Part shown: one piece after another, positions 13,430 to 26,362 of the stretch | Layout: each line of letters opens with the position of its first letter | Position numbering within the stretch: position 1 is the stretch's first letter | DNA from: Octopus bimaculoides | Taxonomy: Eukaryota | NCBI RefSeq assembly: GCF_001194135.2 | Contig: NC_069004.1 | Span: forward strand, 18,697,699 to 18,761,583 | Direction of reading: 5' to 3' | Length of the DNA stretch: 63,885 nucleotides | Notes under the pieces: generated by a model | Databases searched by the model: none | Told to the model about the DNA's origin: nothing | What the model saw: only the letters and a program-made list of their open reading frames with translations | Translations under genes and position numbers: made by a program

Positions 13430-14040
13430 TTTACTTGTTTCATTCAATGGACTGCAGCCATGCTAGGACATTGCCTTGAAGGGTTCTTTTGAACACTTTA
13501 ATGAGAAAATACCAGTACTTACTCTATCGGTTCCTTTTGCTGAACTACTAGGTTACAGGGACATAAACAAACTAGCATCAGTTGTCAAGTGGTGGTGGGA
13601 GACAAACACACATAAATACACACACACACACATATACATGATGGGCTTCTTTCAGTTTCTTATTTCTTTATTGCCCACAAGGGGCTAAACATAGAGGGGA
13701 CAAACAAGGACAGACAAAGGGATTAAGTCAATTACATCGACCCCAGTACGTAACTGGTACTTAATTTATCAACCCCGAAAGGATGAAAGACAAACTCGAC
13801 CTCGGCGAAATTTGAACTCAGAATGTAATGGCAGACAAAATACCGCTAAGCATTTCGCTGGGCATGCTAACATTTCTGCCAGCTCTGGCTTCTTTCAGTT
13901 TCTGTCTACCAAATCCACTCACAAGGCTTTGGTAGGCTCAGGGCAACATTGGAAGACACTTGCCCAAGGAGTCACACAATGGGACTGAACTCAGAACCAT
14001 GTGGTTGGGAAGCAAGCCTTTTACTACAAAGCCACGCTAT
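13430..14040 (-). mobile_element. SINE A copy with a nested SINE B insertion (13661-13886)
   Basis: The 17-bp direct repeat GGCTTCTTTCAGTTTCT at 13644-13660 and 13887-13903 flanks the B copy. Confidence 0.9.
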
Positions 14041-15491
14041 TTCGCAACCACATGTTTCGGGGTTCAGTCCCACTGTGTGGTACTTTGCATGGGTTGATGT
14101 CTTCCACTATAGTACTAAACCCCTGACGACACCAAAGTCTTGTTAGTAGATTTAGTAAACAGAAACTGCAAAGAAGCTCATGTGTGTGATGTGTATTTGA
14201 TGCATCTGTAAATGCACAGATGTGAGTGCATGTGTGCACAAGTACAGCCACTGCTGAAGTAAAATGGTGATGTTGTAGATCTAACTGTTTGCTCTATATT
14301 TTTGAAAACTTCTGAAATAAAAGCAAAAACCTTCGCTTGAAAAACAAAGTACAGGTTGGTGACAGGAAGAGCATCCAGTTGTCAACTACTTCTTCAGGTA
14401 ACTCCCCATCAAATTATTGTCCCCATGTCAGGAGAGAATAAAAACTAACACTAAAAAATGAACAAACAATACATACAAGCACACACACACACACACACAC
14501 AGATATTTCTATGACCGCAGCCACTTGGCTAAAACACATAAANNNNNNNNNNNNNNNNNNNNNNNNNNNNNNNNNNNNNNNNNNNNNNNNNNNNNNNNNN
14601 NNNNNNNNNNNNNNNNNNNNNNNNNNNNNNNNNNNNNNNNNNATATATATATATATATATATATATAAAACAGTCAAATTGTCTCAAGTTACGCATTTGT
14701 TGCTTCAGAAAGGGAAGGACAGATGGGTAAATTTAGTGTTAGAATGTATAAAAAGACAGGATGGCCATGGATGGCAGGAACACTTCTGTCAGGTGTCTGC
14801 TCAGTCAGTGCAATCATATGTTGATTGCTTTTATGTTTGGCTTTGTTCAACAAGGCAAAACATAAGGCCCAGTGAATGAGACTCTAGCCATCGGGATCAG
14901 ACATAAATGCTGCCAGGAGTATAACATGCTGTCTTTTATCATTGCAGCAGGAAAGGCTGTCATCATCGTCCTTGTCATTGTCATCATCATCACCACCTAA
15001 CATCCACTCTTCCATGCTTACATGACTCAAATGGAATTTGTTGTAGCAAAATTTCTTCAGCTAGATGCCCTTCCTGTCACCAACACTCAGCTGTTTCCAA
15101 GTAAAGTAATAATACCTCATGGCCAGACATGTTTTCATGGCAGACTGGAAACTAAAGATATGGCTGACATGATGGTGATATCTGTTTTATATGTATGTGT
15201 GTATGTATTTATGTATATATCCACATTTCAGAAAGACTCTTGTCACTTACTCAAAATAGCAGTCAAATCTCTCACAAATCACACCTGACAATTAGAATAA
15301 AGGAAAAAAAAAAAAAAATTAAACATTCAACATACACAAAGGCAGGATGGTCATATCTAGAATGCCTTTTGTCATAGGTGTGCCTGGATCAATTAAGGTT
15401 AACTTTGGAATAAATAACAACAATGCCATAAAACATTTTGACTGCTGTGTCCGCTACCATGAAATCGGTTAATCCTTCACTCTGCACACGT

Positions 15492-15536
<45 letters not shown>

Positions 15537-15732
15537 GCACATGCAGACATACACAGGCACAACAACAACACACACATACACATACTTCTTATGAGAGGTC
15601 ACAGTATCATTGACACAATTACAATTACTCATTAGTACAATTAACTTCCAATTAATTAATGTCCTAGATGAGAATGTCACTGAACTAATGTTTTATTTAT
15701 TATGTGTACGTCCACACGTACTTAAACCATAC

Positions 15733-15782
<50 letters not shown>

Positions 15783-15880
15783 ATGTACATTAATAGCATA
15801 GCTATCAGTAGGTTTTAAAATGTCTTAACATCTTCAAGTTTTCATGTGTTTACAGATTTTGTTTGCATGTGTGTGAGTGC

Positions 15881-15917
<37 letters not shown>

Positions 15918-16440
15918 CATAAGCCAAACCAAATAAAATTTTGAAAGCATTCGACACATTTGGTTAAGTGAGCAGTTCAGCACATTTGGTTAATCAAATG
16001 TGTCTGAACTGCTAGCATCCCACCATCAGCATATAACTTGGAGTGAAAATGAAATGTAAATCTGGTATCTTTTGAAGCATGTTACATCACCTGATGAAAC
16101 TCTTTTGCATTGTGTGTTGCATCTGACGTCATTACATTGTCTCACACTCACTAGGGAGCAGTGCAGAATGAATCCCAAATGGTTGTTGTACTAATAAAGC
16201 TACAAGTCACACACCGTCATCTGTATTAATCATTTAAAATATACCCTACGTACACCTCGGAATTCCAGACATAGATCCAACAACAAATGTACAGTATCCC
16301 TGATAACACCTGGTAGTCATAAATGGTGAACGTGCTCTGCAGGCACACTACCTGGGACTTACCCTGAATTTGGATACCGCATTTAATTAATGCCTCCTCT
16401 CTAAACCTTAACTCTTTAATTCTAAATTTAACTATACATA

Positions 16441-17003
16441 TATCAGGTCATTAAGAATGAAATGTCCAATTTTCTTATGCACCAAGTTTGAATGTTTTAT
16501 TTTGGCAATTCTTTGTTTTACAACATTGAAGAGTTACACCATCACTTTTCGAAATGCAATTCATGGTGTCTGTTTATATTACAGCAGATGTATACATCAA
16601 CCAATAGGATGAAATGATGAATTAAACAACCAAGATTGGTCAATAAACACAGGCCAATTCTCTTGCAGGACAATGCTCGACCACATGTTGCACAAAGATA
16701 TTCATCTAACATATTCACCAGACTTTGCACCAACTCACTATCAAGTTTTTCAGGCATTAGACAACATTTTGCAAGGAAAAAACTTCAAATCTGAAGAAGA
16801 TGCAAAAACAGCCTTTCATGATTTCATCACCTCTTGTTCTCCAGAATTCTTCGCTGCTGGCATAAATAAGCTACCAATAAAATGGCAAATTTTGTGTTGA
16901 TAATTTAGGTACACACTTGGATTAACTGCATTACTTTTTGTTGAGATAAAATAAAATAAACCTTCAGTTCAAAATTGGACATTTCATTCTTAACAACTTA
17001 ATA
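16441..17003 (+). mobile_element. Internally deleted mariner (DD34D-type) element with both TIRs
   Basis: 33-bp TIRs TAT(C/T)A(G/A)GT(C/T)(A/G)TTAAGAATGAAATGTCCAATTTT, TA on both flanks, and transposase C-terminus PILLQDNARPHVA / YSPDFAPTHYQVFQALDNILQGKNF..KLPIKWQ. Confidence 0.9.
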
Positions 17004-17829
17004 TATATGTATATATCTCAGTCTCTTTTGCCAAACTGGTAAGTTACGAGGTGTAAACACACCAACACTNNNNNNNNNNNNNNNNNNNNNNNNNNNNNNN
17101 NNNNNNNNNNNNNNNNNNNNNNNNNNNNNNNNNNNNNNNNNNNNNNNNNNNNNNNNNNNNNNNNNNNNNNNNNNNNNNNNNNNNNNNNNNNNNNNNNNNN
17201 NNNNNNNNNNNNNNNNNNNNNNNNNNNNNNNNNNNNNNNNNNNNNNNNNNNNNNNNNNNNNNNNNNNNNNNNNNNNNNNNNNNNNNNNNNNNNNNNNNNN
17301 NNNNNNNNNNNNNNNNNNNNNNNNNNNNNNNNNNNNNNNNNNNNNNNNNNNNNNNNNNNNNNNNNNNNNNNNNNNNNNNNNNNNNNNNNNNNNNNNNNNN
17401 NNNNNNNNNNNNNNNNNNNNNNNNNNNNNNNNNNNNNNNNNNNNNNNNNNNNNNNNNNNNNNNNNNNNNNNNNNNNNNNNNNNNNNNNNNNNNNNNNNNN
17501 NNNNNNNNNNNNNNNNNNNNNNNNNNNNNNNNNNNNNNNNNNNNNNNNNNNNNNNNNNNNNNNNNNNNNNNNNNNNNNNNNNNNNNNNNNNNNNNNNNNN
17601 NNNNNNNNNNNNNNNNNNNNNNNNNNNNNNNNNNNNNNNNNNNNNNNNNNNNNNNNNNNNNNATATATATGTATGTATATACACACACACACACACACTC
17701 AATCTGAGACTATAGCAGAAGACACTTGCCTAAGGTGTCACGCAGTGGGACTGAACTTGGAACCATGTGGTTGGGAAGCAAACTCCTTACCACACATCCA
17801 TGTCTTCGAGAGAATGTATATACCTATAT

Positions 17830-18250
17830 TAGAAAGCTAAGCATTAGAGAAATGTAGAGTAATATACCCAAACTTCAGATATGGTACAGAATGTAAATTT
17901 AGATATTGAAAGAGAAGACAAAAATATATTTTCTCCGTCTCTGTTGTTTAAATATTTTATCTTAGGAGATGCTCAAATAGAGATGGGGTAGAATTCAAAC
18001 AAAGATGTAAAAACAGAAAAAGAAAAAAATGCAGAATACAAGTTTCCCAAACACCAGAGACAGGTTAGAATTTAAGCTAAAGACAGCAAAGATATTCAAA
18101 CAGCAGAGATGGAGTAGAATTTAAGCTAATATGCCATAACAGCAAGAGAAATGCAGAATGTAAACTAAGACATCTAAATGGTAGAAATGTGCAGAATTTA
18201 AGCTACAATACCCAAACTGTAGGGGAGGGGTGCAGAATTTAAGCTAGTAT
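17830..18250. repeat. Degenerate minisatellite, core AGAATTTAAGCTA, period ~40-50 bp
   Basis: Core variants at ~17890, 17990, 18067, 18116, 18155, 18193 and 18234. Confidence 0.6.
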
Positions 18251-19408
18251 ACGAAAATTATGAGAGAGAGAGCAGAGTGAGACTAGGTCATATTTGAAAG
18301 TACACAAGTTCTTTAAGCACCATAGAATGAACAGAAGCATCTTAAATGTTGCACACACCAATGCCACAAGCTGTAGCTTGACTGCAGCAAGCTCTCACTG
18401 CACAAGCATTCAGAGAGAGAGAGAGAGATTACAGGGAAGCAGAGGCAGACACACAGACAGACGGACAGACACTTTAAGCAGCTACCTACATCTTCTTACA
18501 ATCCCACCAGATGTCACTGCTGCACTGAGCAATCTCAAGTAGGTGTGCAAGTCTTCAGCCAGCATCACGTTGCAATATAAATAAAATAAATATATATATA
18601 TATATATAAACCTACAGTTGGAAGACGAAATAAATACAAACATCCCACACGTTCACCTGTAGTTGTATTCCACACACACACACACACACACAGATAATCA
18701 GAGAGACATCTAAACTTAGGCCTACAGTAACAGACCTACATAGAAACATAGACACATGCACACAGTCAAACACGTGTAGATATAAAGACACACACATATT
18801 TATGTAGGTGCTTACACAAATACACACAACCTGCACATACACCGACAGAGACATGCATACACAGCATCTAGTCAAAATACACATACATGTATAAACACAT
18901 GTTCACACACAAACACACATCACTTAGTTTCCAAGTGACAGCTCAACCTGCTAGAAATAGCAGCCAAATATTTGTCAAATCACAGCTGACTATCTTCAAA
19001 AAATGTATTCGGTAATGGGGTCTTTGATGCTTTATGCCTGAAAATAAGAAGGCATGGTCCTGGCGGGGTTGCTTATTATCTTATATCTGCTCAATCAAGG
19101 CTGACCTGGGGTTTAACAGTGACACACGGATACACATACACCTACAAAGAAATACAAACATACAGACAGTCACACCAAAGAGCACACATGTACACACACA
19201 CTCACACACTCCTTCACATTTAACATGAAGTATTGTCACTACAAAAGAAATAGAAGCTAAAATATTAATTATTGACATTGACAGCTATGATATCTAACAG
19301 TGTGTGTGCATGTGTGTGTGTGCGTGCACGTGCGTGTTGGGAAAGTGAGGAAATTGTTGGTTGGGTGACATTGTTTTGGGCAGGGCTATTTTAACAGTAT
19401 TACAAGCC

Positions 19409-19651
19409 CCTGGGCTCTACATCATTTATTTATAGACAGCAAGCTACAGCACACATAGATTACAATTGGGTTCAAGACCTAGGAGCTCCAACTCATCCCC
19501 AGCAAATCAGTGCACTGGTCCCTAAATTATTTATTTATTGACAGCAAGCTAGCTATACCATACATAGATTACAATTGGGTCCCTAGGTCTGTGAGGGCCC
19601 CCAGGCAACCCATTGCACTGGGCTCTACAGCATTTACTTATTGACAGCAAG
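19409..19651. repeat. Degenerate ~105-bp tandem repeat (about 2.5 units)
   Basis: CTGG(G/T)C(T/C)CT..ATTTA.TTAT(T/A)GACAGCAAGC recurs three times and ACATAGATTACAATTGGGT twice. Confidence 0.75.
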
Positions 19652-19654
19652 CCA

Positions 19655-20210
19655 CATCATCATCATCATCACCACCATTTAACATCCCCTTTCCATGCTT
19701 GCATGGGTTAGATGGTTTAACTGGAACTGGCAAGTCGGAGAGCTGTACAAGGGTCCAGTCTGACTTTGGCTTGATTTCTACAGCTGAATGCCTTTCCTAA
19801 TACCAACCACTCCGACAGTGTAGTGGGTGTCTTTTACATGTCACCAACATGGGTGCCACCAGCATGAATGCTGTTACAGATCACTAGCCACAGCCACAAA
19901 TAAAATTTCACTTGGCTTGACGAGTCTTCTCAAGCACAGCAAATTGCCAAAGCCACGATCACTTGTCATCACTTCTGTGAGACCCCACATTTGAAGATCA
20001 TGCTTCACCACCTCATCCCATGTCTTCCTGGGTCTTTCCATAGGTTCCCTCCACAGTTAGAGATCGGAACTTCATTTATGCAGCTGTCCTCAACCATATG
20101 CATCCCATGAACATACCAGAGCAGTCATCTCTCTGGCACACCACATCTGTAGCCTCTAATGTCCAATTTTTCTCTCAAGACGCTTACATTCTGTTACTGA
20201 CAGCAAACCG
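19655..20210 (-). mobile_element. RTE LINE 3' end: ORF C-terminus, 3'UTR and (GAT)n tail
   Basis: Reverse strand reads SVLREKLDIRG.RCGV.ER.L.WY.H.M..EDSC.., then the UTR, ending in the CATCAT.. tail at 19655-19675. Confidence 0.8.
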
Positions 20211-20735
20211 CAGCATTCATAGTTTAGAATCGGATCCCTAGACCCATGAGGCCCTACCCCCCAGTACATGGCCAGCAAATTTGGGGGAAAGGGTAAGTCA
20301 ATTGCATCAACGTTAGTGCTCAACTGGTACTTATTCTATCAATCCTGAAGGGAAGAAAGGCAAAGTCAACCTTGGTAGAATTTGAACTCAGAACACAAAG
20401 ATGGATGAAATACCACTAAGCATTTTGCTTGGCATGCTAATGGTTCTGCCACCTCACCACCCTGGTAATGCTTAAATACCAACATTGTCTTGAATTAACC
20501 ATGTATTATTTCGTTGCTTTGAGATGTTCATGTGATTGCTTATTTCAGAACAATATTGTAAGGTAGGTCTGAAAGGCCAGATCTGGCTGGTTTGAACATA
20601 CAACAGGGAAAATATTTCACCAGGAAAAAGATTGCACCAGTTTAAATGCTAAAGGGTTAGGAAATGGACAAGCTTATTATCTGGGGATAAGAGGACAGTC
20701 ATGTTTCTTGATCAATAGCTGTTCACCACTACCAG

Positions 20736-20775
<40 letters not shown>

Positions 20776-21589
20776 GCTGCACTGGGCCTAAGTGGAAAAT
20801 TTTATATCAATAGTTCTTGCACTAGGTGGCATCACCTGTTGTGGGTACTGTCAGCTCATAACGGGATGGCAAATGTCAAGGAATACACTGTAGAGCAATG
20901 GGATCCATATCAGATTTTGGGAGTCCACACAAGTAAAATAGTACACTGGGTCCACAGTAGTATTTTAAGGGTCCGTGAAAAAATGTTGTCTTAGCTGTAT
21001 TTATCACAAGAAATAGCTAGGTTTCTTACTCTAATGTTTTCCATAGTTCAACCTATGGACTGTGAGATTAACAAAATAGGAATTCTGAAAAGAAGTATCT
21101 ATAAAACTAGTTTTTAAACATCAAATCGATCTGGTGCCCCACCAGAGTTAAAATAGTAATCAAAGGGGTCCGTAAGCAGAAAATGGTTCAGAACCACTTC
21201 TTGATTTTTCTCAGCAATAAAAACCTTAAACACTCAGGATTTAAATGAGCCATATCCAACCCAAATATTCTATCCGTATTTACAGTCAAAGCGGCCAGAT
21301 CTGGCCTCTCACACCTACCCAACAATATCCTTGTAGAAATAAACAAACACATGATCGAAATCTTTGAAGCTACAGGATATTGCATGGTTTATTTAAAACA
21401 ATCAGAATAAATAAGCATTACATTTGACAAGAGTAATCTGAACACAAAAGCGTTAAACCAGGTATGTTTTGAACACATTTTCAAAGTAATCTGTGCCACT
21501 GTTAAAATAAATAGGACATTGTGTTATCAGTGAACAAATTTACGACTTATGACATACAAAGGTCTAATAGAATTTCATTATATATAGGC

Positions 21590-21915
21590 ATATACATACA
21601 TACACACATACACACACACACATATATATATACACACATACATATATACATATATATACATATACATATATACATATATATACATATACATATATACATA
21701 TATATATATACATACATGCATACATATATATACATATGCACACATACAGATATATATATATATATACATACATATACACATGGCATACATAGGTATATAT
21801 ATACATACAAACATATATACATACATACATATATATATATACACACACATACATATACATATATATAAATACATATACACATACATACACACACACATAT
21901 ATATATATACACGCA

Positions 21916-21959
<44 letters not shown>

Positions 21960-22020
21960 GACATATGTATACATACATATATATACATACATATATACAC
22001 ACACATTATCTATATATAAA
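21590..22020. repeat. Compound (TA)/(CA)/(TACA) microsatellite
   Basis: Direct read. Confidence 0.95.
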
Positions 22021-22619
22021 TATAAATAACTATATATGTATTTTTCTTTATGTCTTTTACTTGTTTCAGTCATTGAACTGCAGCCACATTTGAGAACCAC
22101 CTTGAAGGATTTAGTAGAACAAATCGACCCCAGTGCATATTTTTTTTAAGTCTGGTACTAATTCTATAAATCTCTTTCGATGAACTCCTAGTTTTTGGGT
22201 GTGTAAACAAACCAATAATAGTTGTCAAGAGGTGGGAAGCAAGTTTCTGAACAACACAACCACATCTATACAGTGTGTGGATGTTAGTGAGTTTTTGCCT
22301 TGGTATCATGTAATAGTTGTAAGCACATGCCACCACCATGCAAGTGGTGTCCTTTATTTCCAGTGTTTCACAAAAATATGACCTTATTGGGAAACAGGTG
22401 ATGGTTGGCAACGGGAAGAGCATCCAGCTAAAGAAAATCTGCCTCAACAAATTCTATGCAATCCATGCAAGCATTGAAAAGTGAACATTAAAAATGAATG
22501 ACAATGACACAGAACGAGAGATAGATATCACCATGTCAACTCGACTATCAGATGTTGTCGTACACCTCTGGTCACAATGCACTTCCTTGCATTGTTGTAG
22601 CTTTTGAATGATGCCACCC

Positions 22620-22870
22620 TGCTTGCTTGCTAGAGAGGTAAGCTCACATTTCCCCTGAACAGAATGCCAGTCCATCCCAGGATTATCCATTTACAGCTGA
22701 GTGGACTGAAGAAATGTGAAATGAAGTGTTTTGTCCAAGAACACAACACATAACCCAGTCCAGGAATTTAAACCACAATCTTGCACTTGTGAGTGCAACA
22801 CCCTAACCACTAACCCTAACCACTAACCCTAACCCTAACCACTAACCCTAACCATTAGGTCATGTGCCTT
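22620..22870 (-). mobile_element. SINE family F with an amplified A box that forms a telomere-like array at 22801-22858
   Basis: GCTGAGTGGACTG..ATGTGAAAT.AAGTGT..TG.CCAAGAACACAAC body followed by (CCCTAA/CCACTAA)n. Confidence 0.8.
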
Positions 22871-24292
22871 CACTATATATTTTATGCTTTAATTGTTTCA
22901 GTCATTAGACTGCAGCCATTGCTTTGAAAGATTTTAGTGGAATGAATCGATCCCAGAACTTAATATTTTTGTCTTTATTTGCAAAGCCTGGTACTTATTC
23001 TATCAGTCTCTTTTGCTGAATTGCCAAGTTACGGGGGTATAAACATGCCAGCACTAGTTGGGGGACAAACACGGACACAAAGACACATACACATATATGA
23101 TTGGCTTCTTTTAGTTTCAGATTGGTCAGCCTGAGTTTAGAGTACAAGGCACTTGCTCAGGGTGCCATGCCTACGCCTATATATAAAGGGGTAGAGACTC
23201 CCTTCAGTCATGAATGACCATGCGATTACACCTAGAAAGTTCCCCTCCGAGGCACAAGTCCAGGCAAGGTTGTTTATGGAAGACCAGCAGTCACCCATGC
23301 ATTCTAGTCTAGCCTCTCCATGCCATTGATGTTATCCAAGGGAAAGGCAAAGGCTGATACAGCTTGGCACCAGTGACGTCACAGCTCATTTCTACAGCTG
23401 AGTGAACTGGAGCAACGTGAAATAAAGTGTCTTGCTCGAGAACACAACACATAGCTAGGTCTGGGAATTGAACTCATTACCTCATGATTGTGAGCCTGAT
23501 GCTCTAACCACTGAACCATGCACCTTCACCTTTGTCTGTGTGTGTGTGTGTACATTGACGCTTGTCAGTTATAATGGGTGTTCCAGTTGATCTGATTGAG
23601 GCAACAGCCTGCCCATAAAATCAAGAGGCAAGCAGCTGAGTATTCCACAGACATGCATACCCTTAACATAGTTCTCAGGGAGATTCAGCATGACAGAGAG
23701 TGTGCCAAGGCCGGCCTGCTGAAATACGGATGTTACTCATTTCTGCCAGTGTTGAATGGACTGGAGCATAATGAAATAACATGTCTTACTCAAGGACACA
23801 ACGCTCCACCAGGAATTGAACCCACGACCTTAGAATGGTGAGCCAAATACCCTAACCAATAAGCCAGACGTCCAAACTGCTAGAAATAGCAAATTTCCAT
23901 CAAATCACATCGGACACTGGATGAGATGAATGTATTGAGAAATGATGGGGGGGGGGGNNNNNNNNNNGCAAATGGATGGGCAGCGGTGGCAGTGGGGAGG
24001 ATCAGATGAAGAATTTACCTTTGTTACACACACACCCACTGCGAAAAGGTGAGTGGTTGCTGTGAAGAACTTAACAATGGCAAAGACTTTGGTAAGGAAC
24101 CTACTCAAGGTTGTTTAATAACCTTAGACAGCCTTCTTGTAGAACATTTTACTGTCAAAGACGTCATTGTAGTAAGTTACGTATGTGTTTTATTTTGAAT
24201 GTGTGTATGTGTATGTGAGTGGAAATATGTACACATATGTCTGCGTGTGTGTGTGTGTGTGTGTGTGTGTATAAATATATATATATATACAT

Positions 24293-24329
<37 letters not shown>

Positions 24330-24454
24330 ATCATTATAGCAGACAGTCAGCCAAACATGTAAGGGTGGTAGATAGCTGTATAATGAAAAATATCTAGCTA
24401 CTTTAAACCAACTACTGAAGTAGTTGGTTACTGTGGCCAAAGCTTACAGGAAAC

Positions 24455-24494
<40 letters not shown>

Positions 24495-24949
24495 ACAACA
24501 ACACAGCAGCACCAGCAGCGTTCATAACAGTAGTTCTGCTATGTAACCACTGCAAAGTTGGCTAAAGACCAAGCATGAGGGAACCTGAATAATAGGTTTG
24601 GTAGTGGTGGTGGTGGTGGTGGTGGTGGTGGTTGTGCAGGTGGTGGTAGAGAGGTGTGTTGGTCTGGCACTGTGCCATCAGCTTATTTTAGAGAAGAACT
24701 GTGTAATGATGAACAATGAAACTGAAACCACTTCAGCCAATCAGGAAGCTTCTAGTTTGGCAGCTGAGTTTGAACAATATATCAACCAATCAGAACGCCT
24801 CTAGTTAAGCAGTTCAATCTGGGCAAATGCAACCAAACAATCAGAGCAGCTGTAATACACAAGTTTTGTCTAGGCCAAAGATCTACATCTTCTTTCAATA
24901 ATGGCTCACTTTTGATTTTCTCGCATATGCCCATGACCATCATCTGTAT

Positions 24950-25141
24950 CAGTATTTCTCAAACTTTTGTGTCGTGACCCATTTTATTTTTCTGGCGACC
25001 TACAGTATGAAAAACGCTGGTTAATATTCTGTACTTTGCACCCACTAGCATCTTTTTTTCTTTGCTTCTTTTGTGTCGTGACCCATTTTATTTATCTGGC
25101 GACCTATTGAAGGGTCGGAACCCACAGTTCGAAAAATGCTG
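24950..25141. mobile_element. hAT-like MITE with an internal duplication
   Basis: TIR CAGTATTTCTCAAAC / GTTCGAAAAATGCTG; 8-bp flanks ATCTGTAT / ACCTATAT (6/8); TTTTGTGTCGTGACCCATTTTATTT..TGGCGACCT occurs twice. Confidence 0.65.
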
Positions 25142-26112
25142 ACCTATATATAATATCATATCTTACTTATAAAATTATACCTGCATATTCCTCATTACAC
25201 TCACTGGTAATGCTTGTAGAAGCACATCATGACACCAAGGACTAGAAGCCATCAAATGTCCTCAACTGCATAAAATCTCTGAAAAAGGTTTATAAAAGTT
25301 TCATAGGCTTTGTGCTAAGAAGCTTGCATCCTAACCACATAGTCCTGGGTTCAGTCCACTGTGTGACACCTTGAGCAAGTGTCTTCTACTATAGCCACAG
25401 GCCAACCAAAGCCTTGTGAGTGGATTTGGTAGATGAGAACTGAAAGAAGCCCATTGTATATGTGTGTCTGTCTGTGTTTGTCCCTGTAACTCAGGGACTC
25501 GGCAAAAGAGATCAATAGAAAAAAAGTACTGTGGTTGATTTATTTGACTAAAAATTCTTCAGTGTGGTGCTCCAACATGGCCGCAGTCTAATGACTGAAA
25601 CATGTAAAAGATAAAAGAAGATCCATAGAGGGCTACCTTGGGAGTCCAGTTGTGAGCTGCAACCAATCTGTAGCCAATCTCTAATCTAGGAAATACAATG
25701 TAGACAACTGGAGAAGCACAAGTTTGGCTTTTCAGTTTGAACAAGTTCAGTCGATCAGATAAAGCCTGAAAATGGATTAGCCAACCAGGAACCAAAAGTC
25801 ATCCAGAATAAACCAAAATAGACAATCTAGCCAAGTGGGAGAGCCTCTATGTTAGCAATTCTCACTTTGGAGGCTGCAGATCAGTGGTGGTCTACAGAAG
25901 TGGGATGGGGAAACTGAGAGTTGTGTTCAACTTCTGAAAAAGCTGCTGTATAAAATGTCTAATTAATCAGTTTTATATAATCATTCAGTTACATAGAGTG
26001 CTCAATTAAGAGGTGAAACTGGGAAAAGTTTGTTGTTATTTAATAAAATTGGCTTATTAGGATCAAGAGAACTTTCAAAAGTTTGGAGCCCCAAGAGAAA
26101 ATTATTTTAAAT

Positions 26113-26362
26113 CAGTGGCTCTCAACTAGAGTCCATATGGCCTTTGGTGGGGTCCATACAAGATTTTGTTGTTAAAATTTATGTCCAAAAACTTCTACAA
26201 TACACAAAATATTTTAATTTTTTTTATACAATTCCTAATAATATTTAATTACAAAAATACAATAGGAATTTTTCTGTATATACACTGAATGGCCATGAGA
26301 GTCCAGTAAAGTAAAATAGGAATCAAAGAGGTCCATAGGCAAAAAATGGTTGAGAAACACTG
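26113..26362. mobile_element. hAT (Charlie-like) MITE, 250 bp
   Basis: TIR CAGTGGCTCTCAAC / GGTTGAGAAACACTG and a perfect 8-bp TSD TTTTAAAT; related copies at ~20890-21197, 29770-29946, 32441-32678, 47414-47659, 59630-59740 and 60654-60907. Confidence 0.9.
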
